Assembly: GCA_037045145.1 (NCBI GenBank)
Contig: JBAOIA010000012.1
Span: 338,587 to 402,586, forward strand
Length of the DNA: 64,000 nucleotides
Direction of reading: 5' to 3'
From: Bacteroidia bacterium
GTDB lineage: Bacteria; Bacteroidota; Bacteroidia; AKYH767-A; OLB10
In this document: one piece after another, positions 1-10,104 of the stretch
Layout: every line of letters begins with the position of its first letter
Numbering within the stretch: the first letter of the stretch is position 1
The notes under the pieces: model-generated
Database searches by the model: none
Seen by the model: the letters and a program-made list of their open reading frames with translations, nothing else
Told to the model about the DNA's origin: nothing
Program-made: the position numbers and the translations under genes

Positions 1-5
1 AACCC

Positions 6-329
6 ATGCGCACAGAAGTAAAGCGCAGCAGTGGTAAATCGGGTGCTGTAATTGAGGTAAATGAATCGGGAATGGCTTCGTGGATAAGAGATGGTGAAAT
101 AAATCAAAGTAAATTTTATGCCTTACATCGCAATGCTCCTCCCGGCACAATAATTAAAGTCACCAATAGAATGAATGGCGATTATGTTTTTGTGAAAGTT
201 GTTGGTACATTGCCCGACACTGGCGACAATGACAAACAAATTCTTAAAATGTCTGAAGCTGCGGCAAAAAGAATTGGCGCTATAAATGAAAAATTTCAGG
301 TTGAGCTTAATTACGGCATGACCAATTAA
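6..329 (+). CDS. RlpA-like double-psi beta-barrel (DPBB) domain protein; probably 5'-truncated by the window edge
   Basis: 'ALHRNAPPGTIIKVTNRMNGDYVFVKVVGTLPD...AAAKRIG' matches the RlpA/DPBB core (AAHKTLPFGTKVRVTN..NGKSVVVRVNDRGP). The domain starts about 10 residues into the ORF, so a signal peptide and N-terminal part probably lie upstream of position 1. Confidence 0.55.
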   Translation: MRTEVKRSSGKSGAVIEVNESGMASWIRDGEINQSKFYALHRNAPPGTIIKVTNRMNGDYVFVKVVGTLPDTGDNDKQILKMSEAAAKRIGAINEKFQVELNYGMTN

Positions 330-480
330 TGGAAAATGTTGTTTTATAATACATTGACGTACGCACTGCCAGGCAAAAAGTCTATTGGTTCTCCTCTATA
401 CCGGAACCAACAGTAAACCCTGTCGGATTTTACAAGTTACTTTTCATATTTTTGCGGTTTATAATTAAAAATTCTGCAAA

Positions 481-1659
481 ATGAAAGAAGTATATATTGT
501 ATCGGCAGTGCGTACACCAATGGGAAGTTTCGGTGGCAAACTGTCATCATTTTCTGCAACCCGCTTGGGTGCAATAGCCATTAAAGGTGCTATTGATCGC
601 ATCAAACTCAACCCATCAGAAATCAAAGAAGTGTATATGGGTAGTGTTTTACAAGCCAACTTAGGACAAGCGCCCGCACGTCAGGCTGCGAAGTTTGCAG
701 GCTTGCCCGACACCGTTCAATGTACTACAATCAATAAAGTTTGTGCTTCGGGAATGAAAGCTGTAATGTTAGCAGCACAGAGCATTATGCTTGGCGACAA
801 TGATGTAATTGTTGCCGGAGGTATGGAAAGCATGAGTAATGTTCCATTCTATATGCAAAATATGCGATGGGGAAATAAATATGGTGATGTTTCTGCCATT
901 GATGGTTTGGCTAAAGATGGATTGACAGATGTTTATCATAATTATGCAATGGGAAATGCCGCGGATTTATGCGCAAGAGAATGTAATTTTTCACGTCAGG
1001 ATCAGGATACCTATGCAATACAATCATACAAACGCAGTGCTGATGCCTGGGCTGAAGGAAAATTTAAGGATGAAATTGTTCCGGTCGAAATTCCGCAGCG
1101 CAAAGGGGATCCGGTTATTTTTGCAGAAGACGAAGAATATAAAAACGTACATTTTGATAAGATTCCGGGATTAAAACCCGCTTTCAGTAAAGAAGGAACC
1201 GTAACAGCTGCCAATGCTTCAACCATGAATGATGGTGCCGCTGCATTAATATTAATGAGTAAAGAAAAAGCAGAAGCCTTGGGACTGAAACCCCTTGGGC
1301 GTATCCGCAGTTATGCCGATGCAGAGCAAGCACCTGAATGGTTTACTACTACTCCATCAAAGGCATTGCCAAGAGCAGTTGAAAAAGCAGGCCTAAAAAT
1401 GTCTGACTTAGAGTTTGTAGAACTCAACGAAGCATTTTCTGTAGTTGCTTTGGCCAATATGAAAGAAATGAATCTTGACCCTGTAAAAGTAAATGTCAAT
1501 GGTGGTGCAGTTGCATTAGGTCATCCATTAGGATGCTCCGGTGCAAGAATATTAGTTACACTGCTAAATGTTTTAAAACAGAATAATGCAAAAATTGGTG
1601 GTGCCGCAATATGCAATGGTGGTGGTGGTGCCAGCGCTATGGTGATTGAAAGAATGTGA
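481..1659 (+). CDS. acetyl-CoA C-acetyltransferase (thiolase II)
   Basis: 392 aa with '[15 protein letters not shown]' at the N-terminus, the active-site Cys region '[11 protein letters not shown]', and the C-terminal '[18 protein letters not shown]...[10 protein letters not shown]' thiolase signatures. Confidence 0.93.
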   Translation: MKEVYIVSAVRTPMGSFGGKLSSFSATRLGAIAIKGAIDRIKLNPSEIKEVYMGSVLQANLGQAPARQAAKFAGLPDTVQCTTINKVCASGMKAVMLAAQSIMLGDNDVIVAGGMESMSNVPFYMQNMRWGNKYGDVSAIDGLAKDGLTDVYHNYAMGNAADLCARECNFSRQDQDTYAIQSYKRSADAWAEGKFKDEIVPVEIPQRKGDPVIFAEDEEYKNVHFDKIPGLKPAFSKEGTVTAANASTMNDGAAALILMSKEKAEALGLKPLGRIRSYADAEQAPEWFTTTPSKALPRAVEKAGLKMSDLEFVELNEAFSVVALANMKEMNLDPVKVNVNGGAVALGHPLGCSGARILVTLLNVLKQNNAKIGGAAICNGGGGASAMVIERM

Positions 1660-1683
1660 TTCTTAATTACAATTTTAATAAAA

Positions 1684-1711
1684 AAGCTGCGTCATAGGCA
1701 GCTTTTTTTAT
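1684..1711 (+). terminator. rho-independent terminator after the thiolase gene
   Basis: GC hairpin 'aagctgcgtcataggcagctt' followed by a T-run, about 25 nt downstream of the stop. Confidence 0.7.
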
Positions 1712-1758
1712 TTAAATACTAATAACTAATAAATCACTAAACAAAAAATCAACTATAA

Positions 1759-3423
1759 TTATCTGACAATAGCAATTTGCTCTTTTTCAGCCACACCATA
1801 AGTTTCAATGTTTAAAAAATAGAAACCTGCTGGTAGTTGAGAGGTATTAATTTTAACCATTCCACTGCACCATTCAATAGGAACAGAAACCCTATTGCCA
1901 ACCGGATTATACATCTGTATCTTAGGTGCTTCATCAGTGTCAAACTGAATAGTCAATAAATCTTTTACCGGATTGGGAAATATAGAATAATGATAAGGGC
2001 TTACATAAACTCTTTGTGCAGGAAACGTTTCTGTTTTTCCATCATAATCTGTTTGTGACAATCTGTACCATGAAGTGCCGCTCACAGGATAATTGTCGGT
2101 ATAGTTATAATACTGTTGAACATTTCCATTGCCCTGACTATTTATGCTGGCCAATTTTGACCACTGCAAACCATCTGCAGACTTCTCAATTGTAAAGTGA
2201 CTGTTGTTTTTTTCAAATGCTGTTGCCCAATTAAGCTTCACCCTATTTTTTTCGGCTTTTGCAGTAAATGATAGCAACTCAACAGGCAATGCACCGGGAT
2301 CGTTAAAGCCAAATCCAAATCCTTGGGCTCCGCCAACAGCACCTCCTGAAGTAAAGTTTGTGGTGCATTTTGTAGAAAAAGAAGGGCAACAACCTTGTTG
2401 AATCACTCCGAAAAAACCTGCTCCAAATCCATCAGAGGTAATATGAACTTCTGCATTAGTATATTGAGGAATGTTTGAAATTGGTATTAATGTAAAACAG
2501 AACTCATAAGCTAAACACGTATTTGGCGTACCGGTAAAATCACCTCTGCCAATACCTGCAGCATCTATAAATTGCATTGTCCAGGTTTGCCCGCCATTAG
2601 ATGCTGTTGCCACCCAATTACCCGCATTATAAAATCCGGGAATTACTGGTGCAATCTGTGGATTCAAATATCCGGATGCAGGAAAATCAAACACAAATCT
2701 TTTTACTCCTTCGACTCCTGTTGTATTTTTAAAAAAAGTAGTTATACATACAGTATCGACAACATTTAATGGTGAGAAAAATAATGGTGCAGTTTGATAA
2801 ACCCCATTAACTGCTATCTGAAAGAAAGGTTTTGTTGGCTCAAAAGGAGGCGTTGCACATACACTTCCGTCAAACGAAAGATTGCCCTGTGTATTAGGTA
2901 TATTTATTACTGTAAAATTAGTATCACTGCCAAAAGCTATATCATAGTTAATTGTTGTTGCTGCATCAACCCAAACATAAAGTATTGTATCATTTGAGGT
3001 ATTAACACTTAGATCGCATTCCGGCAATATAGAATAAATACTTCCCAAAGGCATACACGATCCACAAACCTTTTCTGCAAAAACCCTGAATGGACCTGTA
3101 CAATTTTTAATTGAAACAAAAAGTTTGTCGGCTCCATTTGAAATGTTTACCTGATAGAGTACATCCTCACCTACAATGTTACATGATGGTCCTGCAATGT
3201 CATCCCCCATGCCGGCATTGGTTTGATTAAATAGTGTTACACCGGGACAAATGTTAACTTGCAAGGGATTGCCGCAGTTGTTTTGTGCTGTTGTTTGTAT
3301 TGAAACCATTATACAAACAACAAAGGTGGTTAAACTCTTCATTTGGCTGGTTATTAATTTGGAGTTATACTTATTGCAGACAATATCAGTTTGCTTTAAC
3401 GCACTTCTGATATTTGTCTTCAC
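1759..3423 (-). CDS. secreted protein with a T9SS (Por) C-terminal sorting domain
   Basis: N-terminal signal peptide. The C-terminal ~80 aa '...YNPVGNRVSVPIEW..GMVKINTSQLPAGFYFLNIETYGVAEKEQIAIVR' has the pattern of a type-A T9SS CTD. The body is Cys/Asn/Thr-rich and beta-rich. Confidence 0.6.
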   Translation of the reverse strand: MKTNIRSALKQTDIVCNKYNSKLITSQMKSLTTFVVCIMVSIQTTAQNNCGNPLQVNICPGVTLFNQTNAGMGDDIAGPSCNIVGEDVLYQVNISNGADKLFVSIKNCTGPFRVFAEKVCGSCMPLGSIYSILPECDLSVNTSNDTILYVWVDAATTINYDIAFGSDTNFTVINIPNTQGNLSFDGSVCATPPFEPTKPFFQIAVNGVYQTAPLFFSPLNVVDTVCITTFFKNTTGVEGVKRFVFDFPASGYLNPQIAPVIPGFYNAGNWVATASNGGQTWTMQFIDAAGIGRGDFTGTPNTCLAYEFCFTLIPISNIPQYTNAEVHITSDGFGAGFFGVIQQGCCPSFSTKCTTNFTSGGAVGGAQGFGFGFNDPGALPVELLSFTAKAEKNRVKLNWATAFEKNNSHFTIEKSADGLQWSKLASINSQGNGNVQQYYNYTDNYPVSGTSWYRLSQTDYDGKTETFPAQRVYVSPYHYSIFPNPVKDLLTIQFDTDEAPKIQMYNPVGNRVSVPIEWCSGMVKINTSQLPAGFYFLNIETYGVAEKEQIAIVR

Positions 3424-3664
3424 CTACCATTTCAAAGATTATACCAAATAAAAAATAAAGTTTTTCAACATCACTTCTGTTTTTAATTGAAATACTGTAT
3501 GGGAAATGTAATCTATATGATTGTTTTGAATAGCCAATTTTGATTCATTTATCACGAATAAAAACAATCTCTGATGATTTATACTAAAATATTTTTTCTG
3601 TTATTTTACATCTGATGGCACTTTACATTTTACTTTGCAGACCATTATACTACAACAAAATTAA

Positions 3665-4393
3665 TTGCTAAAAAAAATGAATAAAGAAATTATTCAAAGT
3701 ATAAGAAAGGAACTAAAGAATATTGCAAGTGAAGAAGTACGCAACATTGCTTCGCGGTTTTTCAAATCAGGTGAAATAGCAAAAGTTTACGGAGTCAAAT
3801 CGCCTGTTGTTAGAAGCATTGGCAAAAAATATTTACAACAAATAAAGCTGCTATCTAAAGAAAATATTTTTGATATATGTGAAAATCTTTGGCAGTCGTC
3901 ATATCTGGAAGAATCCATCATTGCATGTATGTTTACAGAATCCATTCACAAAAAAATTGAAGTTGGTGATATTAAAATTTTTGAAAGCTGGATAAATAAA
4001 CATGTCAACAATTGGGCATCATGTGATACATTTTGCAATCATACCATTGGAAGTTACCTGATTAAGTTTCCGCAAGAAGTTAATATACTGACAAAATGGG
4101 CAATCTCAAAAAACAGGTGGATGAGACGTGCAGCAGCAGTTTCGCTGATAGTGCCGGCACGAAAAGGATTATTTCTTTCTGAAATTTTTATGATTGCAGA
4201 CCTGCTTCTTACTGATGATGATGATTTAGTACAGAAAGGATATGGGTGGATGCTGAAGTCTGCCTGTCAGTATAATGAGCGAGATGTTTTCCAATATGTA
4301 ATGGCAAATAAAACAGTGATGCCGCGTACTGCCTTACGTTATGCCATTGAAAAAATGCCTGATAATTTGAAGCGACAAGCCATGTCCAAATAA
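3665..4393 (+). CDS. DNA alkylation repair enzyme (AlkD-like HEAT-repeat family)
   Basis: 242 aa matching the PF08713 pattern: 'RFFKSGEIAKVYGVKSPVVRSIGKKY', 'WASCDTFCNH', 'NRWMRRAAAVSLI', 'VQKGYGWMLK'. Confidence 0.7.
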   Translation: MLKKMNKEIIQSIRKELKNIASEEVRNIASRFFKSGEIAKVYGVKSPVVRSIGKKYLQQIKLLSKENIFDICENLWQSSYLEESIIACMFTESIHKKIEVGDIKIFESWINKHVNNWASCDTFCNHTIGSYLIKFPQEVNILTKWAISKNRWMRRAAAVSLIVPARKGLFLSEIFMIADLLLTDDDDLVQKGYGWMLKSACQYNERDVFQYVMANKTVMPRTALRYAIEKMPDNLKRQAMSK

Positions 4394-4481
4394 CATTGTG
4401 CACGTAATGATGATGTGTCATAACTAACATCTTCCTTAATTTCTAATAATCTAAATTTGCCACCTGAGTATAAGTCATTAT

Positions 4482-5177
4482 ATGAAATTACCTTTTTTTA
4501 TTTTTATGCTTTTTATGGTTACGCAAAGTCTTGCGCAAGAAGAAAGCATCAATACCGACAGGCCGGACCAAAGCGATGGTGTTTATACATTAACTAAAAA
4601 CAAGCTTCAAATCGAAGAAGGTATTACAACTGGGGAAAACTATTTTGTAAACAATCTGATGCTTCGCTATGGAATAACAAGATTCACAGAAATTCGGCTG
4701 CTTGCCGATGCCGGAAAAGTTGGTGACTTAAAGGGCTTATTACCTTTAACAATGAGTGTTAAACAAAAAATTATGGGGCAAAAAAAGTAACTGCCTGCCC
4801 TTACATTTGTGGGCTATGTCTCTTTTCAAAAACTTGCAGCAAAGGAATTCAGAGGTAATAAAATTCCGTATGAACTAAAATTAGCATTCGAAAATGAATT
4901 GAATGAAAAGTTTACTATTTCATACAATGCAGGTGTTTCAGATGAATTTGAAACATTTAATTATACATTCAATATAGGATACTCACCTCTAAACAAAGTT
5001 TCTGTTTTTGCAGAGTATTTTGCGACCACCACAAAATCTGACACTCAACACAATGCCGATGCAGGAATATTGTTTTTAATACACCCTACATTTCAGATTG
5101 ATATTGCCTGTGGTCATTCCATTGCCGACTCTGAGAGTCGTTTTTTTACTACCTTTGGACTATCCTATTTGTTTTAA
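4482..5177 (+). pseudogene. outer-membrane beta-barrel 'transporter' (MetA-pathway/phenol-degradation-like, PF13557-type) interrupted by an in-frame TAA at 4788-4790
   Basis: The track ORFs 4482..4790 and 4809..5177 are in the same frame and separated only by TAA (...MGQKK*LPALTFVGYVSF...). The N-terminus has a signal peptide plus 'NTDRPDQSDGVYTL', and the C-terminus ends in an aromatic-rich beta-strand ('TTFGLSYLF'). The combined length (~230 aa) fits one barrel. The stop follows an A7 homopolymer, but neither +1 nor -1 slippage restores a long ORF. Confidence 0.5.
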
Positions 5178-5189
5178 AAACCAAATAAA

Positions 5190-5624
5190 ATGTTACTTAA
5201 AAAATCTTTATTATTAGGCTTATTGACCATTTTCAGCTTGTCGTTAAAAGCGCAGGAAAAAATTATTCCCGTTGCTCAAATTCCTGAACAGGTCAAATTA
5301 TTGGTATCACAACATTTTGAAAACATCAAAATTATCTCTGCCAAACAAGAAAAAGAACTGTTAAACAAAGAGCTTGAAATAATATTAAGCAACCATACAT
5401 CACTTACTTTTGACAAAAACAATTCATTGACAGAGATAGAGTCAAACCATGGTATTCCAACCAAGTTATTGAACGATACCATTGTTGAATTGGTGCACAA
5501 CAACTACCCCAATCAGAAAATTACAAGTTGGGAAAAAACAAAACTGGGTCAGAAGGTTGAGTTGGATAATGATGTAGATTTATTTTTCGACCACAATGGT
5601 AATTTTTTGCGAGCAAGTCATTAA
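5190..5624 (+). CDS. secreted PepSY-like (DUF2874-type) small protein
   Basis: Signal peptide followed by two repeated beta-lactamase-inhibitor-like segments ('ISAKQEKELLNKELEIIL...', 'ITSWEKTKLGQKVELDND'). Confidence 0.45.
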   Translation: MLLKKSLLLGLLTIFSLSLKAQEKIIPVAQIPEQVKLLVSQHFENIKIISAKQEKELLNKELEIILSNHTSLTFDKNNSLTEIESNHGIPTKLLNDTIVELVHNNYPNQKITSWEKTKLGQKVELDNDVDLFFDHNGNFLRASH

Positions 5625-5773
5625 AGCTTGTTAGATGAATACTTTCTAAAACCTGAGTGTCAGCACTGCTGCTATCTTCATAGTTTATCCACATAAGTAT
5701 CTGTTGTTGTTCATAAGATTGCAGACAAAGCATTGGCGTTTTAGCTAATTTTGCGCTTCAATTTCAGAATCAG

Positions 5774-8623
5774 ATGCCCAAAGATAATTCTATCAAATCA
5801 GTTCTCATCATAGGCAGCGGCCCCATAGTAATAGGTCAGGCCTGCGAGTTTGACTACAGTGGTTCCCAAGCCTCACGCTCTTTACGCGAAGAAGGAATTG
5901 AAGTGACCCTCATCAACTCTAACCCTGCCACCATCATGACCGACCAGGTAACGGCAGATCATATTTATCTGCTGCCGCTTACAGTTGATAGCATTGAAAA
6001 AATATTGAATGAACGAAAGATTGATGCGGTTCTGCCAACTATGGGAGGTCAGACTGCATTGAATCTTTGCAAAGAAGCCGATGAAAGAGGTATCTGGGCA
6101 AAATATGATGTTCGCATTATTGGGGTGAATATTGCTGCCATTGAAACCACAGAAAACAGAGAATCTTTTCGGAAGCTGATGATTGAAATTGGTGTTGGTG
6201 TTCCGCCTTCTGCTGTTGCCAACTCCTTTCTTGAAGGCAAAGAAATTGCACAGCGCATTGGATATCCATTGGTAATTCGTCCGTCATACACTTTAGGTGG
6301 AACCGGTGGAAGCTTTGTAATGAAGAAAGAAGAGTTTGAAGATAGGTTGATGCGCGGACTACAAGCATCACCTATTCATGAAGTATTGGTGGAAAAAGCT
6401 GTTCTCGGATGGAAAGAATATGAACTGGAACTGCTGCGTGATGCTAACGATAACGTCATCATTATTTGCTCTATCGAAAACCTTGACCCAATGGGTGTTC
6501 ACACAGGTGACAGTATTACTATTGCACCTGCTATGACACTGAGTGATTACACCTATCAGCGCATGCGCGATATGGCCATTAAAATGATGCGTGCTATCGG
6601 AAAATTTGCAGGTGGATGCAACGTACAGTTTGCTGTGAGCCCCGATACAGAAGATATTATTGCCGTAGAAATAAATCCGCGAGTTTCACGCTCATCAGCT
6701 TTGGCTTCAAAAGCAACAGGTTATCCAATTGCTAAAATTGCTGCTAAACTTGCAATCGGTTATCATCTTGACGAATTAAAAAATCAAATTACCGGAAGCA
6801 CCTCTGCATTCTTTGAACCTGCTTTAGACTATGTGATTGTTAAAATACCGCGATGGAATTTTGATAAGTTTCATGGCGCAGACCGAACATTGGGCCTACA
6901 AATGAAATCCGTAGGTGAAGTGATGGGTATTGGCCGAAGTTTTAATGAAGCGCTACAAAAGGCTTGTCAAAGTTTGGAAATTAATCGCCATGGCCTTGGT
7001 GCAGACGGAACAGGATGGCACAAAGTTGATGACATTATTTATTCTCTTGAGCATCCATCATGGGACAGAATATTTCATGTTAAAGACGCCTTGAAATTAG
7101 GCCTTCCAATTCAGACTATTCACAACCATACAAAAATTGATAAATGGTTTCTCACAGAGATTCAGAAATTAGTAGGCATGGAGCAAGAACTGAGAAGACA
7201 TAGTCTTAAAAATCTTTCTCCAGACTTTATGCTTGACTTAAAACAGAATGGATTTTCAGATTATCAAATTGCACATATCTTAGGTAATGTCACTGCTGAA
7301 GAAGTATATGAAACGCGAAAAGAGATGGGTGTAAAACGCATTTACAAAATGGTTGACACCTGCTCGGCAGAGTTTGCAGCAAAGACACCTTATTTCTACA
7401 GCACTTTCGAAAGACCTGCACAAGACAGTAATGGCAATGAAATTACAGCCAGTGAAAGTATTGTAAGCAATAAGAAGAAAATTTTAGTACTGGGAAGTGG
7501 CCCTAACCGTATTGGTCAGGGTATTGAGTTCGACTATTCCTGTGTACATGGTGTACTCGCATCAAAAGAGTCGGGTTATGAAGCCATCATGGTTAACTGT
7601 AATCCCGAAACTGTAAGCACAGACTTTGACATTGCCGACAAACTTTATTTTGAACCGGTTTATCAGGAGCACATCTACGAGCTTATTGAGTATGAAAAAC
7701 CAGATGGTGTTATTGTTCAGTTAGGTGGACAAACGGCTCTGAAATTGTCGCAGTATCTCAATGAAAAAGGTATAAAGATAATTGGCACTTCATATGAAGA
7801 CATGGATCTGGCAGAAGACCGCGGACGTTTCTCTGATTTACTTCACGATTTAGGAATACCCTACCCTCCATATGGTGTTGCAGAAAGTGCAGAAGAAGCA
7901 CTTGTTGTTGCCAATAAAGTCGGCTACCCTGTTTTGGTTCGTCCAAGTTATGTGTTGGGTGGGCAAGGAATGAGTATTGTCATTAACGATGAAGAATTAG
8001 AACGTGCAGTAATAAAACTGCTAAAAAATCTTCCGGGCAACAGAGTACTCATTGACCACTTTCTTGATCGTGCAGAAGAATGTGAGGCTGATTTGATTTG
8101 CGATGGTAAAGATGTTCAGATTATAGGCATCATGGAGCACATTGAACCGGCAGGTATTCATAGCGGTGATTCGTATGCAGTATTGCCTCCATTCAGTTTA
8201 AGTGATGTTGTTATCAGTCAGATAAAAGATTATGCACATAAACTGGCACTGGCACTCAATGTAAAAGGCTTGCTTAACATACAGTATGCTGTTAAGAATG
8301 AAAAAGTTTATGTTATTGAAGCCAATCCGCGTGCATCAAGAACAGTTCCGTTTATTGCCAAAGCACATCAGGTGCCTTACATTAACATTGCAACTAAGGT
8401 GATGCTTGGGATAAAAAAATTAAAAGACTTCAACATTAAGCCTGCTGAATTTGGATATGCTATAAAAGAACCTGTGTTTTCATTCGAGAAGTTTGCCGAT
8501 GTTAACAAAGAATTAGGCCCCGAAATGAAATCAACAGGTGAAGCCATCCGATTTATAGAAAGTACTAATGATGCCTATTTCCGTAATTTGTACAAGGAAA
8601 AAAGTATGTATTTATCAAAATAA
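5774..8623 (+). CDS. carB: carbamoyl-phosphate synthase large subunit (949 aa short form, no C-terminal MGS-like domain)
   Basis: Two ATP-grasp halves with '[17 protein letters not shown]' and '[16 protein letters not shown]', plus an oligomerisation domain between them. Confidence 0.95.
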   Translation: MPKDNSIKSVLIIGSGPIVIGQACEFDYSGSQASRSLREEGIEVTLINSNPATIMTDQVTADHIYLLPLTVDSIEKILNERKIDAVLPTMGGQTALNLCKEADERGIWAKYDVRIIGVNIAAIETTENRESFRKLMIEIGVGVPPSAVANSFLEGKEIAQRIGYPLVIRPSYTLGGTGGSFVMKKEEFEDRLMRGLQASPIHEVLVEKAVLGWKEYELELLRDANDNVIIICSIENLDPMGVHTGDSITIAPAMTLSDYTYQRMRDMAIKMMRAIGKFAGGCNVQFAVSPDTEDIIAVEINPRVSRSSALASKATGYPIAKIAAKLAIGYHLDELKNQITGSTSAFFEPALDYVIVKIPRWNFDKFHGADRTLGLQMKSVGEVMGIGRSFNEALQKACQSLEINRHGLGADGTGWHKVDDIIYSLEHPSWDRIFHVKDALKLGLPIQTIHNHTKIDKWFLTEIQKLVGMEQELRRHSLKNLSPDFMLDLKQNGFSDYQIAHILGNVTAEEVYETRKEMGVKRIYKMVDTCSAEFAAKTPYFYSTFERPAQDSNGNEITASESIVSNKKKILVLGSGPNRIGQGIEFDYSCVHGVLASKESGYEAIMVNCNPETVSTDFDIADKLYFEPVYQEHIYELIEYEKPDGVIVQLGGQTALKLSQYLNEKGIKIIGTSYEDMDLAEDRGRFSDLLHDLGIPYPPYGVAESAEEALVVANKVGYPVLVRPSYVLGGQGMSIVINDEELERAVIKLLKNLPGNRVLIDHFLDRAEECEADLICDGKDVQIIGIMEHIEPAGIHSGDSYAVLPPFSLSDVVISQIKDYAHKLALALNVKGLLNIQYAVKNEKVYVIEANPRASRTVPFIAKAHQVPYINIATKVMLGIKKLKDFNIKPAEFGYAIKEPVFSFEKFADVNKELGPEMKSTGEAIRFIESTNDAYFRNLYKEKSMYLSK

Positions 8624-8641
8624 TTTTTACAATATCAGAAC

Positions 8642-8842
8642 ATGCGTGATGTCTTTTATACAATAGTTGTTGTTTGGGTGGTGATTCAGATTTATAAAAG
8701 TTTTATAAAGCCGAAAAACAACACAACGCAAAGGAACACTACCAGGCAGGAAGGCGATGTGACCATAAACACCAACACAAACAATAACAACCGCAACAAC
8801 AACCAAGGCGAGTATGTTGATTTTGAAGAAATAAAAGATTGA
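8642..8842 (+). CDS. small membrane protein (DUF4834-like) with an Asn/Thr-rich linker
   Basis: 66 aa with an N-terminal TM helix 'FYTIVVVWVVIQIY' and a C-terminal 'GEYVDFEEIKD', as in Bacteroidota DUF4834 proteins. An antisense 97-aa ORF (8627..8920) overlaps it and is judged spurious. Confidence 0.4.
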   Translation: MRDVFYTIVVVWVVIQIYKSFIKPKNNTTQRNTTRQEGDVTINTNTNNNNRNNNQGEYVDFEEIKD

Positions 8843-8844
8843 TT

Positions 8845-10065
8845 TTATTCGTAACGTAAGGCTTTTACCGGGCTTATACGCGAAACAATCATTGAGGGAA
8901 TAAGCATCACCAAAATGCATGCAATTAAAGTACCTGCATTAATCATCAGAATATTAGTGACTGATAAATTTACCGGAACATATGGAACATAATATGATTC
9001 CTGTGGCAGACTAACCAAATGAAAACGATATTGCAACCAGCACAATAAAAGTCCTGCAACATTTCCGGCAATCAAACCAATTCCAACAATTCCTGAGGAA
9101 ACCATAAGAAAAATTTTTCTGATGCCTGTATTTTCTGCACCAATAGCTTTTAACAGACCTATTGTTGTAGTGTTGTCTAATAAAATTATCAGTAAAGTTG
9201 AAACCATATTAATCCCGGCCACAAGTATCATCAAAACAAGAATGATAATAACATTGACATCCTGCAATTCAAGCCAATGAAAAATTTCAGGATATATTGT
9301 TTTTATTGATTGTGCATTCAATTCAAATCCAGATTCTCTATATACACTTTCATTTACAGATTCAAGGTCGTCTATGTTTTTCAGATTTATTTCATAGCCC
9401 CCGGCTTGAAGCGAATTCCAGCTATTTAATTTTTGAATAACAGATAATGGGCAAAACACATAGAGATTATCAAACTCCTCAAGACCTGTGGAATAAATTC
9501 CATTGACTTTAAATTTCCGCGCCCTCGGTGGTTCATCAATAAAATAAACCACAAAAGAGTCATTAAGCTTTAATTTCATCTTGTCTGCTACACTTTTTGA
9601 AATTATTGCGGGATAAACACCCGAATGTATCTGAAAATTAAAACTTCCTTCAAGCATATTCGGATCAAAAAAACCGGAGTTGAAATTTGAATCCAATCCT
9701 TTCACAGCCACACCTAATATATCTTCAGAAGTACGAATTATTCCGGCCTTGGTAGCATAAGCATTAACACTGCTGATTCTTGAATCGCTCTTGAGTTTGT
9801 TTATAAATTTCTGATCTAAATTTACCGGAATCTCCTCATAGGATTGATTGTTGTCAAAATGTTTTATTCTGATATGTGCACCAAAGCCAACAACCTTAGA
9901 TGTTATTTCTTTTTTAAAGCCTGTCACTATTGCAACAGCAACAAGCATCACCATTACACTTAGTGCAATGCTGGTTACCGCTATAGCCAGAACAGTACCT
10001 GACATTCGCTGGTTGTTAACACTGCTTGTGAAAAAACGCCTTGCTATGAAGTATGAGTATCTCAA
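8845..10065 (-). CDS. FtsX-family ABC transporter permease (LolC/LolE-like)
   Basis: 406 aa with an N-terminal TM, a large periplasmic MacB-like domain, and three C-terminal TM helices ('...LLDNTTTIGLLKAIGAENTGIRKIFLM...'). Confidence 0.8.
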   Translation of the reverse strand: MRYSYFIARRFFTSSVNNQRMSGTVLAIAVTSIALSVMVMLVAVAIVTGFKKEITSKVVGFGAHIRIKHFDNNQSYEEIPVNLDQKFINKLKSDSRISSVNAYATKAGIIRTSEDILGVAVKGLDSNFNSGFFDPNMLEGSFNFQIHSGVYPAIISKSVADKMKLKLNDSFVVYFIDEPPRARKFKVNGIYSTGLEEFDNLYVFCPLSVIQKLNSWNSLQAGGYEINLKNIDDLESVNESVYRESGFELNAQSIKTIYPEIFHWLELQDVNVIIILVLMILVAGINMVSTLLIILLDNTTTIGLLKAIGAENTGIRKIFLMVSSGIVGIGLIAGNVAGLLLCWLQYRFHLVSLPQESYYVPYVPVNLSVTNILMINAGTLIACILVMLIPSMIVSRISPVKALRYE

Positions 10066-10104
10066 CTAATTTATTATTCTTGCTGATAATTCGGATTCAA
10101 ATTT

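Noticed and set aside
5685-5693. A perfect consensus DnaA box TTATCCACA upstream of carB.
   Set aside because: It is a single isolated 9-mer 31 kb from dnaA, which is expected by chance at roughly this frequency in 64 kb of AT-rich DNA. There is no cluster and no adjacent AT-rich DNA-unwinding element.
6049-6371. 80- and 84-aa ORFs antisense to carB. The same applies to similar antisense or nested track ORFs such as 929..1174, 1011..1226, 2204..2401, 7758..7946, 21901..22269, 23219..23844, 25760..26017, 55441..55682 and 62052..62255.
   Set aside because: All lie entirely inside well-supported conserved genes on the opposite strand or in another frame. They have low-complexity or odd composition and no motifs, which is typical of shadow ORFs.
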